From Octopus bimaculoides (Eukaryota): a stretch of DNA of 36,558 nucleotides. The notes beneath the pieces were generated by a model. It ran no database searches, was not told the origin of the DNA, and worked only from the letters and a program-made list of their open reading frames with translations. Where the stretch lies: the NCBI RefSeq assembly GCF_001194135.2, contig NC_068984.1:68442783-68479340 (forward strand), in the 5' to 3' direction. Shown here piece after piece: positions 1 through 11,460 of this stretch (its first letter is position 1; the number at the start of each line of letters is the position of its first letter). The translations under genes were made by a program, and so were the position numbers.

Positions 1-214
1 GGATCTTGGGGAGGAAGTAAATGGTGGGGGTGCGTGGGGTGCGAACAATAAGGTTGGAGGCGGTGACGGGGAGACGGGAGGAGAGGATGAGGTCATGGAT
101 AGTGGAGGACACAGTCTGTTGGTAGCTGGGCGTGGGGTCGGAGGGCAGAGAGCGGTAGAATGAGGTATCTCGAAGTTGACGGAGAGCTTCGGCCTCGTAG
201 AGGTCCGCGCGCCA
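1..214 (-). mobile_element. Penelope-like retroelement RT N-terminal fragment (Neptune-like), open frame running off the left window edge
   Basis: The minus strand translates without a stop as WRADLYEAEALRQLRDTSFYRSLPSDPTPSYQQTVSSTIHDLILSSRLPVTASNLIVRTPRTPTIYFLPKI. This matches the PLE pre-RT pattern VVWRADLY..EA.RQL.D.S.Y..L..DPT......LPKIHK. The segment is GC-rich against an AT-rich background. Confidence 0.85.
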
Positions 215-225
215 GGCTTCACAGA

Positions 226-322
226 TGCGCACACACACACACACACAAACATACACACATGCGCACGTACACACACACACATGCACACAAACACACACGC
301 GTGCGCGCACACACACACACAA
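226..322. repeat. Degenerate (CA)n microsatellite
   Basis: Visible cacacac/cgcacac runs directly adjoining the truncated end of the PLE fragment. Confidence 0.9.
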
Positions 323-330
323 CATATGAT

Positions 331-425
331 CTTTTATTCTGGTTTCAGTCATTGGAATGCTGCCATGCTGGGCTCCAGAATCAATCACCAACTTGCATTA
401 CATCAACCCCAGTAATTTATTTCAG
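331..425 (-). mobile_element. SINE 3' tail fragment
   Basis: gtttcagtcattggaatgctgccatgctggg...atcaaccccagtaatttattt resembles the tail of the SINE copy at 18610-18720. Confidence 0.5.
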
Positions 426-742
426 ACTAGAATTTCTCTTATCAATTTCTGCATATAGAAGGTTTCAATTGCTTCTATGATACAAAGGGATGTAACTAGA
501 AACACTAAAATTATTATCTTCTCTTTTTTTGTCTCTTTTTGATTATTATTATTATTTCTAAATAAATGACATGACATTAAATTCTGAAAGAAGAAAACTT
601 ATGCGAAAGTTTTTTTTATGGAAGCAAAATAACTCTGCATTTCACTGCATACATTAAATCTTTTGATGCTCATATTAACTTTCCATCTGTATCTTTATTC
701 TTCTATCTATCTATTTGTTTGTCTCTCTGTATGTCCATAATA

Positions 743-1020
743 TCTATATATATAAAGATGAGAATGTGTGTCTGTCTGTCTGTGTGAACCCCTAAAACTT
801 GAGAACTACACAACCAATTTCATTCAAATTTTACACATGCCTTACTTAGGGTCCATGTAGTGCCATAGACCAAAAGATTTCTTAACTTCTTGCTTAATGC
901 GACCCGAGGGCAATATCATATCTTCTCCACTATTTCAGTATTACGTGCCAAAAGTGAAACAATAACATCTCTCTATTGTAATGTCAGATATTTTCACTTT
1001 AATACTTTCACTTTAATACT
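743..1020 (+). mobile_element. Non-autonomous Helitron-like element (Lep1/HINE-like 5' end)
   Basis: It begins a|TCTATATATATAAAG, followed by (GTCT)n and aacttgagaactacacaaccaatttcattcaaatttt, a layout typical of non-autonomous Helitron 5' ends. It is homologous over ~270 bp to the minus-strand copy at 7830-8095. Confidence 0.6.
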
Positions 1021-1029
1021 GAAACTATT

Positions 1030-1276
1030 ATCTCACATATATACAGGCATACATACATATATACATACATTATTAAGTATATATCTATTATGTATATTAT
1101 GTATATATATATAGATCTGCACAAACGTATATATATATATACATGTACATACATAGATGTATATGTATACATGTATATGTATAGCTGTATATGTATAGAT
1201 GTGTATGTATAGATGTATATATATATATATATATAGATGTGTATTTGTATGCATGTACACATATACATGTATACGT

Positions 1277-1352
<76 letters not shown>
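1030..1352. repeat. Compound (TA)n/(TACA)n/(CA)n microsatellite region
   Basis: Directly visible. It is followed by the N-gap at 1394-1823. Confidence 0.95.
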
Positions 1353-1355
<3 letters not shown>

Positions 1356-2059
1356 AGAATTTAAGGATTGGAGAAAACGCATGTTATAATTGCNNNNNNN
1401 NNNNNNNNNNNNNNNNNNNNNNNNNNNNNNNNNNNNNNNNNNNNNNNNNNNNNNNNNNNNNNNNNNNNNNNNNNNNNNNNNNNNNNNNNNNNNNNNNNNN
1501 NNNNNNNNNNNNNNNNNNNNNNNNNNNNNNNNNNNNNNNNNNNNNNNNNNNNNNNNNNNNNNNNNNNNNNNNNNNNNNNNNNNNNNNNNNNNNNNNNNNN
1601 NNNNNNNNNNNNNNNNNNNNNNNNNNNNNNNNNNNNNNNNNNNNNNNNNNNNNNNNNNNNNNNNNNNNNNNNNNNNNNNNNNNNNNNNNNNNNNNNNNNN
1701 NNNNNNNNNNNNNNNNNNNNNNNNNNNNNNNNNNNNNNNNNNNNNNNNNNNNNNNNNNNNNNNNNNNNNNNNNNNNNNNNNNNNNNNNNNNNNNNNNNNN
1801 NNNNNNNNNNNNNNNNNNNNNNNTATATATATATATATATATTTAATAATAGCTTTTTTCTTAAGAGACAAGGGTCTAACCAGGTTTGTATAAGACATGC
1901 TGTGTCTCTATGCAATCTTCAAGTTCTGAGCACATGGTCTATTCAGTTTGCAAATCAGGATGCTGGTAGAAGGGAAATCATGAGAAAAAATGTGGAAAAT
2001 GTAGAACCAAAACATGAAAGGCTGCATAACAATGGAAAAAAAAAAAGAAGAAAAGAACA

Positions 2060-2568
2060 GAAAGTAAGTTATATCCATGTTGACTGTAATGCCATGATTA
2101 AGCTTGTTGTTGTGGAATAATTCAATGGAGAGGAATATCAACAGCCTCAAAATTATTGTTACCTCTAAACTGTCAAAAGTCAAATTTATATACGTTTCTC
2201 TAGATATAAACTCCTGCTCTTATAAACCTAACTGTAGCCAAACAAGAAACTCTCCTACATATGAAAACATTTTTGCCACCATACTATAATATCTAAAAGC
2301 CTGATAGCTTACATTGGTAATAGGATATCTTCTAAAGAAATACTTGATAAGGTAGCCTCCTGCTATAACAATGCCCTAGCTAACAGCAGCTTCAAAGATA
2401 AAGATATATTACAACCCTTCCAGTAAAAATATGAATAATAAAAATAGACCTAAAAATATATCACTAGGAAAATAATATGGTTTGTCTCCCCTCTCCCAAA
2501 ATTTTAAAACTAATGTAGACAAGAAATTCTTGTCGTGTTTAGATAAGCATTTCCCAGTAAATCACAAA
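2060..2568 (+). pseudogene. Penelope-like RT C-terminal/linker remnant (YRDD/WFNPP-type)
   Basis: Frameshifted peptides LKIIVTSKLSKVKFIYVSLDINSCSYKP, RISSKEILDKVASCYNNALANSSF, RKIIWF and KTNVDKKFLSCLDKHFPVNHK match the PLE thumb/linker pattern (LKITIEAN..VNFLDVTL, YQ.AL..SG, IIWFNPP, TNIG..FL.L.DKHF). Weak similarity may extend back to ~1935. Confidence 0.7.
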
Positions 2569-2621
2569 TGAACAGAGAAACATGAACAAGAACCTACTCC
2601 TATCATACGTAGCAAATTTGT

Positions 2622-2745
2622 AGGCGGAATTCTATATTGTGTATACAGTGCAAGCTATGGACACACAAGAGGTGCAAGTGAAATGACAGGAAGGTTAGAG
2701 AAAGTAATGTTTGTATGTGGAAGATGCACAGGAACCATAAAACTA
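2622..2745 (+). mobile_element. RTE-clade LINE fragment (Cys-rich segment of the RT ORF)
   Basis: Translates as NSILCIQCKLWTHKRC, then after a frameshift TGRLEKVMFVCGRCTGTI. This is the NSI.C..C..W.HKRC...FVC.RC motif of RTE/RTEX elements. Confidence 0.65.
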
Positions 2746-3222
2746 GAGATTCTTGGGAAATTGTCTCAAACAATTTACACATGCACACACACACACACAT
2801 GCACACAGACACACACGTGCACACACACACAGACATTTCAAGAGTGTTACTCAGGCTGAAATGCCTATAAATGTCCAAGAATTGTTAATAATGAAGGCAT
2901 ATTTGGTTTAATAGAACACTATTAGATTTCTCTGAAAAAGCTATCTTTCATGTAAGAAATGAAATTGTTATGCAATATGTTTATAGCTGTCTGGTGTCTA
3001 AAGCACTGATGCAGATATGTACTGAATATTAATAGTGCAGTTTATAACTTCATAACTTGTGTAAATGATGGATACCTAATTGAAGTATATTAAATAAGAA
3101 CACGGTATTAAGTATATGTGAAAATGGTTTTATTTCATTTAAAACTATTACTGAATATAATAAATTATCTTTTAATTTTTGGCATTCTTTTGAATTTTTA
3201 AGATAATTTTAAAAATCCTAGA

Positions 3223-3586
3223 GACACAGGAATGGCTGCTTGGTAAGGAGCTTCTTTCTCAACTGTGTAGTTTTGAGTTCAATCTCTGTGTGGCACCTTG
3301 GGCAATGTGTCTTCTACAATAGCTCTAAGGGGACTAAATTTAAACTCTTGTGAGTAAATTTGATAGATGGAAACTGAAAGAAGCCCTTTGTATGTGTGTG
3401 TGTGTTTGTATCTGTCCCTGTACCACTTTGCAACCATTGTTGGTTTGTTTATATCCCCATAACTTAACAGTTTAGACTTAAAAATAAGTATTGGAGTTGA
3501 TTTGTTAAACTAAGTTCTTCAAAGCATTGCCCTAGCATGGCCACGGTCCGGTGAGTGAAAAGGAATAAAAAAATAAAGATTAAAGA
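3223..3586 (+). mobile_element. tRNA-derived SINE, diverged near-full-length copy
   Basis: Collinear with the copies at 28328-28734 (+) and 18610-19000 (-): tRNA-like head, cttgggcaa.tgtcttcta, ggaaactgaaagaagccc, an internal TG tract, gcatggcc and an A-rich tail. Confidence 0.8.
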
Positions 3587-3721
3587 TAATGGGAATGTTG
3601 GGGAAGTAAACTGATACTGGAAATGAAATCGTTCTTATAGCATATAGAAACCAGAATGCCCAAAGAAAAGCTACACATCCAAATTTTGGAACAACATGTG
3701 CAGTAATGAAGAAATAATGAC

Positions 3722-3900
3722 TCAAAATTTCGACACAAAGTTAGTAAATTTAAGTCAGGTACATCAAATCCAGTTCTCAACTGGCACTTATTTTATTGAC
3801 CCTGAAAGAATGAAAGCAAAGTTAACCGTGATGGAATTTGAACCTAGACTGTAAAGAACCTGGATGTGATAAAGAAATACTATTAAGAATTGGAATGAGT
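3722..3900 (-). mobile_element. Second-family tRNA-derived SINE fragment
   Basis: caactggcacttattttattgaccctgaaagaatgaaagcaaagtt...ggaatttgaac, recognised as the reverse of a common cephalopod SINE body with a B-box-like gttcaaattcc. Confidence 0.65.
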
Positions 3901-3914
3901 TGCACCAAATCAGG

Positions 3915-6900
3915 ATACTGAATTGTTTTGGTTGTACAAACAACAGCATAGATAAAGGGTTTTGGAGAGCTTCCATATCTAGAGTATCCTATACAGAATT
4001 ATATAAAATTGATGATTAGCAGGAAAGTATCCTTAGTATGCCGTCCAGCAACAGTTTAATGTTTACCCTAGTGATTTATTGATTAACATGGCAAAGCTTA
4101 AATCTCTTGAAGCTGAAGTCTTGTAAATTGAAAAATCACATGTATTCATGCGAGTGGAATTCTGGGTCTAATTGCATCGTCTCCTTTGGTATATCCAGTA
4201 AAAATAGTGATCTTTCTGGATGACATAAGATTTTCAGCAATTTGACATGTGCCACTGTATAACTGAATCTGATCTAAATTACATTTTAGTATTATGGGAG
4301 ATCCTTCTTTATTTTAGCTAAAGTCTGTATGATTGTAGGCCTGAAGGTTTCAATGAATCCTGTTAGATAGCGAATTATTCATATGTCAACTACATCAGTA
4401 TCTATTTATGTGTAGGTAATTTCCTGGAAATGCCTGCAACAGCTGCCAGTTGATGCTATTGACCCAAACATTTATTTTATGTGCTGCTACTTCTGTGTTA
4501 GTTAATGATGTTGCAGTTTGAGAAACATCATTGATGTCAATTCATCTGCTGTCTTAACCATTACATTTATAAGGGCTGGATGCATGACAATATTACTTTC
4601 AGAAGGAAAACTTCCATTCCCAACTTGTAACAAATTTTTAGCAATATGACAAGACAGCTGATCTCCAAAAATTTTGCCTCTCATATTTGTAAATAGTTTG
4701 TATGTTTTAACTTCAGCCCAGATCACAGAGAGTCTAAGCTATCATAGATTATATCAGCTTCTTTTTCTTTTAGGATTATTGGTAACAGAAGTATCCCAAA
4801 GCCACCAATAATACACAAGTCTTACATTGCCCTACTCAGGGCATCTGGAGTTTCCTCATGTGCTGTTGAGCTTGCATATACATTGGGAAAATATTTGGTA
4901 TCTTTTAAGAATTTCCCTTCTTTCCAGATTTCTAGCAATGTTGCAAATAGGTACAAAATTTGCAACCAGGTCCATGAGGATCATGATGACAAAATGTCAT
5001 GTTTGTCTCCAAGGTAGGCATATAGACAATACCTGAAAAAACAACTTCAATATCTGCCTTTCTGTTGACAGACATTTGTAAACAATCAACTTATCAGAAA
5101 TGTTTTTCTAATTCTACCATAAACATTAAAGGAGCAGATTCCAACATTTTGTTGCTCAACTCTGTAAAAAATAGTATAATAGACTGCTCCCTGATCACTC
5201 TGAATTTGGCTTCATTGTCATATATGATGTTAGTATGTCAACATAATATCTACTTTCAAAGTAAATGTTGCCAAATTATTGAAATCAGTGTAGTTAGATA
5301 GAGATGACCATATTTTTATTTAAAGTTCATCATTTATATCTTTGAGATTTTAATTTCATTTGTGTACCATTTCTATGTTATGTACCATTTTCATACTGCA
5401 TCATATTTGTTTAACTTGGTTCATCAAACTGTCAACAAGGTTACCACAACATTTGAACTAAAGAAGAATTGAATCGCATAGTTCTGAATGTTTTAACAGT
5501 ATAATGCATCTTTGCCTTTGGCTGTTTGCAAGATCTTGAAACAAACTTCAAAGTTCTACTTTGATGGAGAACTTCTACAAAAAAATCATTCATGTTGCCT
5601 GAGATGTGCTGAATGCTAATTTTCAATGACACTGTCAAAACATATGTCAAGTTAGCCTTCGATAGGGACACTTTGTTTTCTTTATCTCGGTTTCTTGCTA
5701 TTTCATATATAAGCCAGAACCTGATGACGCTGCTATGTTTTTCGTAGAAAAGATAAATGGTAGAGTCAGGAAAAGCCTCTTAGCATTGTGTCTTTTGAAC
5801 TCATTCTTGTTGTGCATGCTTGTTGTGCAGCTGATGCTCATTTTAAGTAAATTTGTTAGGCATTTTGCAAGTGGACAACAAGTGATCAGAGAGAAAAATG
5901 AATGTGAATAATAAGGCTCATCATTGTTGATGCATTGTTGTTGCTGGAAACAGAGATAACTTTATTGCAGTTATTCAGCTGTATCTGGGCAAAAATTTCA
6001 GCACCAGATCTCTTGAAGACATATTTGTAAACATATTTAATAGACTTTATTGAATAGCAGAGCTTAAAACTGATGTGTGCATTAGATGACTTGGTTAGGA
6101 GTGGTAAGTAGAGAACTCTCCAACTTCTATCAATTTCATACTGTCCAAACAAGGTTTCAGTACACTTCTTCTGTATGACATTGGGTTTTTCTTTAACAAT
6201 TAGTCTTGGAAATTTGCTAAGCAAATTCCTAGTGAGAGCACCATAGTTACCATGAACTATTTAGGTTTTAATAATACCTAAAAGTTCTTTCTTCCTGCAA
6301 GGATCTGGAAGTACTTCAGATGTTACGAAATCAATTTCTTTGAACTGAATCTAGTTGAATATGTGTGCATATTGCAAGTCTGTTTTCCAATAGAATTAAT
6401 AATGAATATGTCATTTACAGCAATTTGCAGCATAAAATGAAATACTACATCTAGCTCTGACATTGACTTGAACTTGTATCTACAAAATTTGACATGCTGC
6501 AAAGGAAATTGACAATGCTGATTTTAATTATTTTCTTTTATTAAAACCAGCAGTGTCAATTTCAATAGCTGACACTTTAACAAAATGTCAAAACTAATCG
6601 ATTAGTCAGATTGATCATGCTCTCTGTTTGCTGTAAGTTGTGAACGGTACTTTTTTTTGCTGTGACTTTACACTGGGTTATGTTATAATTATGTTTATTG
6701 AATATTTCATTTGAATTTTGTTTATGAATTTCTTCTTGTGTACATGTGCTGTTAATAGATTTCTATATTTATATAAATGATATGTATACACATGCTTCTA
6801 TGACTAGTTATTTAAGCATATATGATTGTGTGTGTGTGTGTGTGTGTGAAAGAGAGTGTGAGAGAAGTGTATTTGGGAATTACAATTACAAGCCAAGAAC

Positions 6901-7150
6901 AATGTAACTCTTCCATCTTGATTGAATGATATGCCATGAGTACCTGGCTTGGATTTTGGTCGTGTTGCTCTTTCACTAGCTGGAAAAATCTCATCTGCAT
7001 ATACTACAACTACAGATGATAGCAATAGTTTGCTTTCTGAACTGGGTGATCTTGACTGTTGTTAGTTTATTGTCTGTTCATTCACTCATCATCAAATGAT
7101 ATTTGCCATTGACTCAATAAGTTCATCTGCCAAAATAGTTCAAATCCACC
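3915..7150 (-). pseudogene. Helitron Rep/helicase (RepHel) pseudogene with many stops and frameshifts
   Basis: Ordered minus-strand motifs: YWKTDLQYAHIF (HUH-like, ~6360), EVLPDP, IVHGNYG, FPR, EIDRSWRVLYLPLL...AHISFKLCYSIKSIKYVYKYV (ORF 5886-6224), LVVHLQNA, NVYGRIRKTFLI (Walker A-like, ~5110), FSGI, REILKRYQI, LPII, LFTNMR, LLQVGNG, GSPIILKCNLD, RPRIPL, LSFAMLINKSLG and SRYGS...TKTIQYP. Similarity is strong for 3915-6400 and weaker for 6400-7150, which is interrupted by a TG tract at ~6830. Confidence 0.9.
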
Positions 7151-7614
7151 AAAATACATTTCATGATTTGAACATACCCTGGTTGTATGCCATAGCTGGG
7201 ACCCTGATGGTTTCTACTCTTCTGGGTTTGACTAGGTTTGGGAAAAACATTGGCTAAGTTCCTTCCCAGGTCATATAGACTAACAGAGCTGGTTTCTCAG
7301 CTTCCGTGGTGTATAAATTCCACCCCAGAATGGGACACCATATTTCTTGCAACTGAAGATGGCATTATATTTAAATTGATATAATGCTTGCATTGTTTAG
7401 TTGAATGGAGCTGCTTGAAACAGTCGAATTGCACTAATATTCGACATCCTGTTACTTATTTTGATTTTATACATACATACACACATATATATGCATACAC
7501 ACACACNNNNNNNNNNTATATATATACACATAGATATACATACACAAACACACACACACACACACACATATATATGTACATACATAAAACTACATCAGGT
7601 TTGGTAAAGAAAAG

Positions 7615-7687
7615 GTGATCACGTACCTACCTTGTCACTGTGATGATTACTGACAGACAGAGAGACAAAGAATTTTATATATATAGA
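7615..7687 (-). mobile_element. Candidate Helitron 5' terminus
   Basis: The minus strand reads a|TCTATATATATAAAATTCTTTGTCTCTCTGTCTGTC: a 5'-TC end after an A, on the same strand as and upstream of the RepHel pseudogene. Confidence 0.5.
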
Positions 7688-7829
7688 TTAAGCACATGTA
7701 TTAAATGTTAATTTAAGTTACTACATAACTGTAAATACCTTGCAACTTTGCAACTGCTATGGTAATTATTAACTGGTAATTGAATGGTAACTGTGTAAAA
7801 TAAGATGATCTTAGTGTTATCACATTAGA

Positions 7830-8095
7830 ATTAAAAGTGAAAGAATAAAAGTGAAACAATATTACATCACATTACAAAATAGTTATTGTTTCGCTTTTGA
7901 TACGTAATGCTGAACTAGTGTAAGAGATTGCTTCAGGCCCACATTAGGTAAGAAACTGAAACCTTTTTTGGGTCTATGACACTCCAGGGACCCTAGGTAA
8001 TGCATGCGCAAAATTTAAATAAAATCGGTTGGGTAGTTCTCGAGTTTTAGTTATTCACACATACAGAAGACACATTCTCAGTTTTATACATATAT
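7830..8095 (-). mobile_element. Non-autonomous Helitron-like element, second copy
   Basis: Its reverse complement (tataaaactgagaatgtg...aaaactcgagaactacccaaccgattttatttaaattt...tagggtcc...catagacc...cagcattacgtatcaaaagcgaaacaataac) aligns with 750-1020. Confidence 0.7.
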
Positions 8096-8304
8096 ATGTA
8101 TGTATATATATATATATATATATATATACATACATACATTTATAAATATCTATAAATTTATCGTGACATATCTAGATATGCATATATACATATATATATT
8201 AGACACACACAATGACTGAATTAACTGTTTTTGCTGTGGTTATATGTTACTAAAAATATTAGTAGGATAGTAGGAGTCTCACAGTATCACAAACAGCTCC
8301 AGAG

Positions 8305-9780
8305 CTCATTCAAAGCAAATAGCAACCAAGTTCAGCACACATAATAAGGTCTACCTATATTGGCAATAAAAATATATGTATTAACTCTGAAAGGTCAATA
8401 AAGAGAACTTCATCAATGTGGCAAAATGTAGGAAAATTGACCCAACAAAATGTAGGCTAATTCAAATAAAAAAAGAAAAAAGAAAAAGAAAAGAAAGAAA
8501 AAACTCAAGAGTCAATTCTCAGGGAAAAAAAAATACTTGATAAAACTAAATATGTGGATTGGATAAATATCCTTGATATTAGAAAATGTTTGAAATAGAT
8601 TGAAGGAAAAACTGATCTAACTGTATCCAATTTAACATCTTAGATATTTACCTAGCCACTGCGAAAGTATTGCTGATAAGGCCATATAGTTTGCATCTAA
8701 ATAGACAGTATTAACATCAGGCAGTTATTACTCAAATCTATAGCACAATTTAGACATTCATTCCTGTTTTACAAAATGAATATCGGACAGAAAATAATAT
8801 ATGAAAATGCATTTGATACTTCTATGTATGTAGATATTTGTGAAATTGTAGGCTATATTATTCTAAGTAAACTTAGAACAAGTAGACAACATTGATTATA
8901 ACATGGTAATGCATAAAAATGCTATCTTAAGGGGTTTCTAGGAACTGGAGTGGATGCACAATCAAACACACTTGAGAAAAATTAATTGTAGCTTCCATCA
9001 AAAAATATTTTCAGAAAATAATACTTGAAACTAACCTAGCATATGCCACCTTCCTGAATGTAAAGATAAAGCTACTCTCAGGTACTTACAATCTTTACAT
9101 TCATTCTGTTGGATTCAAAATATCCAGCTATTGTCAGTGATCAAAATATAGCAATATGTGATAGTTTTTTTTCCAATGGAACAACTTTTCACAGAACTAA
9201 GCAAAAACAGTGGCCACTTCAAAAACACTCCTGCATATAACTTACTATACAGTAAAAAAAATTCATTCAAGTTCAATCTACCATTCAGCAAGAATGTTAT
9301 AATTTTTCCTTTCCTTAATCAGCAAACACTTCCATAATAAAAAATAAAAAAAACGAAATTCATGAATAATTCAACAGAAGCAATTGATAGTCCAGTTATT
9401 CTATAAACTCTTTTATAAGAAAAATCATTTTGTAGTAAACCTACAGGATTCTTCAACACAATGTAAACAAAATAGACTAAAGAGATGATAACTGTGATTG
9501 TGATAACATTGGATAATTGGTGCTTGAGTAACTGTATCATGTATCAGACAGCTACAACTGAGAAGATAGCAGTGCTGCTGCATATTATTTGGATTTAACA
9601 GAGATTTCATTTAGCTGTTAGCTGTTTCAAACACCATCTCAAAGAAAATAAAACATGGCTCTCAAAGAGTTTCTGGCAAAAAAGAAGAGTGTGTTAACCA
9701 TCATTTCATGGTCTAGTTTGAAGAGAACCACTTTATTCAGTAATTTTTTCAAAGCTGTAATTTTATCTGTGACAGAAATA
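8305..9780 (+). pseudogene. Penelope-like RT + GIY-YIG pseudogene, 5' part (split by the mariner)
   Basis: Ordered, frameshifted motifs: KQIATKF, TLK..KENF, PTKCRLI, ILDK, IQFNILDIY, FDTSM..ICEIVGYIILSKL, a decayed GLYRDD, KIILETNL..TFLNV, FNLPFSKNV, LISKHF, FNRSN..SYS, CL...MYQTATT, YYLDLTEISF, LSKSFW and WSSLKR. Confidence 0.8.
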
Positions 9781-9782
9781 TA

Positions 9783-11058
9783 TGAGGGTGGGCTGCAAAA
9801 TTCATAATCTGACTACAAAGGAGTGATGCTAGAATGGTGCAATTTTGCATGCATTAATTTCAACCCTTCTTATTAATAACTGCTTTGTTTTTTTCCCTGT
9901 GAACTGACATCTGACTGTTCAAAAAACACTTTGAATGTAACTAATAGCAACTTCTCTTCAAAATGGACAAAATTTGGCATCGTGGTGTTATCATGTACCT
10001 TCAGAAAAAGGGTTTGGCACCCCCAAGGACATTCATGCTGACATGCTTGCTACATTAGTGGATGCAACTCCAGCTTTATTAACAACACAAAAGTGGGTAG
10101 CTGAATTTAGGGGAGGAAAGGAGAATCTTGAAGATGACTCAAGGTCTGGATGTCCTGCAATGCCACCACTGAAGAAAACATTGATCATGTTCACCACATG
10201 GTGATGGATGACACGTAATTGACTATAAGTGAAATAACCAATGCTATTAGCATAGTGAGAGAGTTGAGAATATTCTGAATGATGAACTTAGCATGACAAA
10301 GATTTCTACTCAGTGGATGCTGCAACTTCTGACACCTGATTAAAAGTGTGCCAGGTTGATCACATCACAGGGAAAATCTGACATTGCTTCAAGTAGAGCC
10401 AACTGCTTTCCTTGAACATTTCCTAAACCAGGATGAGTGTTGATTTCATCCCTTTGAGACAAAGACAAAGAAACAATCCATGCAGTGGAAGCACCTCTCC
10501 TCACTTGACCCAAAGAAGGCCAAGGTAATTTTATTTGCAGGGATAGTGACGGCCTTGATTTATTGACTATCTTCACAAAAGCCACACTATCAATGGAGAG
10601 TATTATGCCAACTTATTGAGGGAGTTACAAAAGGCTATCAAGGCTACCAAGACCAAACACCCAGGAAAACTTATGAAAAGGGTCTTGTTTCAGCAAGTCA
10701 ATGCTCAAGTACACAAGTCCTTGGTTTCAATGGCTGCTGAGCATGACTGTGACTTTGAACTGGTTGCTCATCCTCCCTATTCTTCTAATTTGGCTCCATC
10801 TGAATATCATCTGTTGCCGAACATGAAAAATCACTTGATTGCGAAACAGTATCACAGTGATAATGATGACACATCTGCTACTGATGACTTTTTTGATCAA
10901 CAGAATGAAAGCTTCTTCATTAATGAGATTCAAACACTGCAACAACAATGGAAGAAGTGTGTTAACCACAAAGGAGACTATGTTGAAAAATAAACCTTAT
11001 TCGGTCACATTCCATGAGAGTATCTTGGTTTGCTTATGAAATGTTCAGCTGACTCTCA
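9783..11058 (+). mobile_element. Full-length mariner element (irritans/Hsmar2-like), 1276 bp, with TA target-site duplication
   Basis: Imperfect ~30-bp TIRs (TA|tgagggtgggctgcaaaattcata ... tatgaaatgttcagctgactctca|TA) enclose a transposase pseudogene. Confidence 0.9.
9963..10993 (+). pseudogene. Mariner transposase pseudogene
   Basis: MDKIWHRGVI..LQKKG, KWVAEFRGGKENLEDDSRSG (HTH), WMLQLLT (WVPRLL-like), QDE, QQVNAQVHKS (the catalytic D of HQDNA is lost), HPPYSSNLAPSEYHLLPNMK and W.KCV..KGDYVEK*. Several frameshifts are present. Confidence 0.9.
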
Positions 11059-11060
11059 TA

Positions 11061-11125
11061 TCATGAATTACCCCCATAACAAAATAAACAAAATAATATG
11101 GATCGCAAAATGACTTTTAGACACA
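11061..11125 (+). pseudogene. C-terminal stub of the Penelope-like ORF beyond the mariner
   Basis: Removing the mariner gives ...acagaaa|TA|tcatgaattacccc..., which reads TE(K)YIMNYPHNKINK...RH and resembles the PLE ending LCLTEK..I......LNKR.E..S.CRH. Confidence 0.55.
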
Positions 11126-11128
11126 GTA

Positions 11129-11160
<32 letters not shown>

Positions 11161-11332
11161 NNNNNNNNNNNNNNNNNNNNNNNNNNNNNNNNNNNNNNNN
11201 NNNNNNNNNNNNNNNNNNNNNNNNNNNNNNNNNNNNNNNNNNNNNNNNNNNNNNNNNNNNNNNNNNNNNNNNNNNNNNNNNNNNNNNNNNNNNNNNNNNN
11301 NNNNNNNNTATGTGCATATATGTATATATATA

Positions 11333-11460
11333 TTTGTTTTTGTTGTGTATGAGGAGAGTGCCTTACTATTTAATACACTCACTGGAAAAGTTTCCACTCA
11401 TTTACTTATTTACTTTTCTAAAATTTTCATTGCATCTTGCAAACCAAATCCAAAAACGAA
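11333..11460. mobile_element. Internally deleted copy of the 26262 foldback family
   Basis: agtgccttactatttaatacactcac...aaaattttcattgcatcttgc matches the 26348-26435 arm. It is joined to aaaccaaatccaaaaacgaa, the reverse complement of the 26262 terminus. It is flanked by (TA)n. Confidence 0.7.

Noticed and set aside
1008-1915. Long ORFs in the track (also 15082-15966, 34476-35155 and similar)
   Set aside because: They consist of YI/CV/HT dipeptide repeats and X runs from microsatellites and N-gaps, so they are not genes.
5721-5750. CTGATGA...GAAA hammerhead-like core
   Set aside because: There is no helix I or III pairing, and it lies antisense within the Helitron coding remnant.
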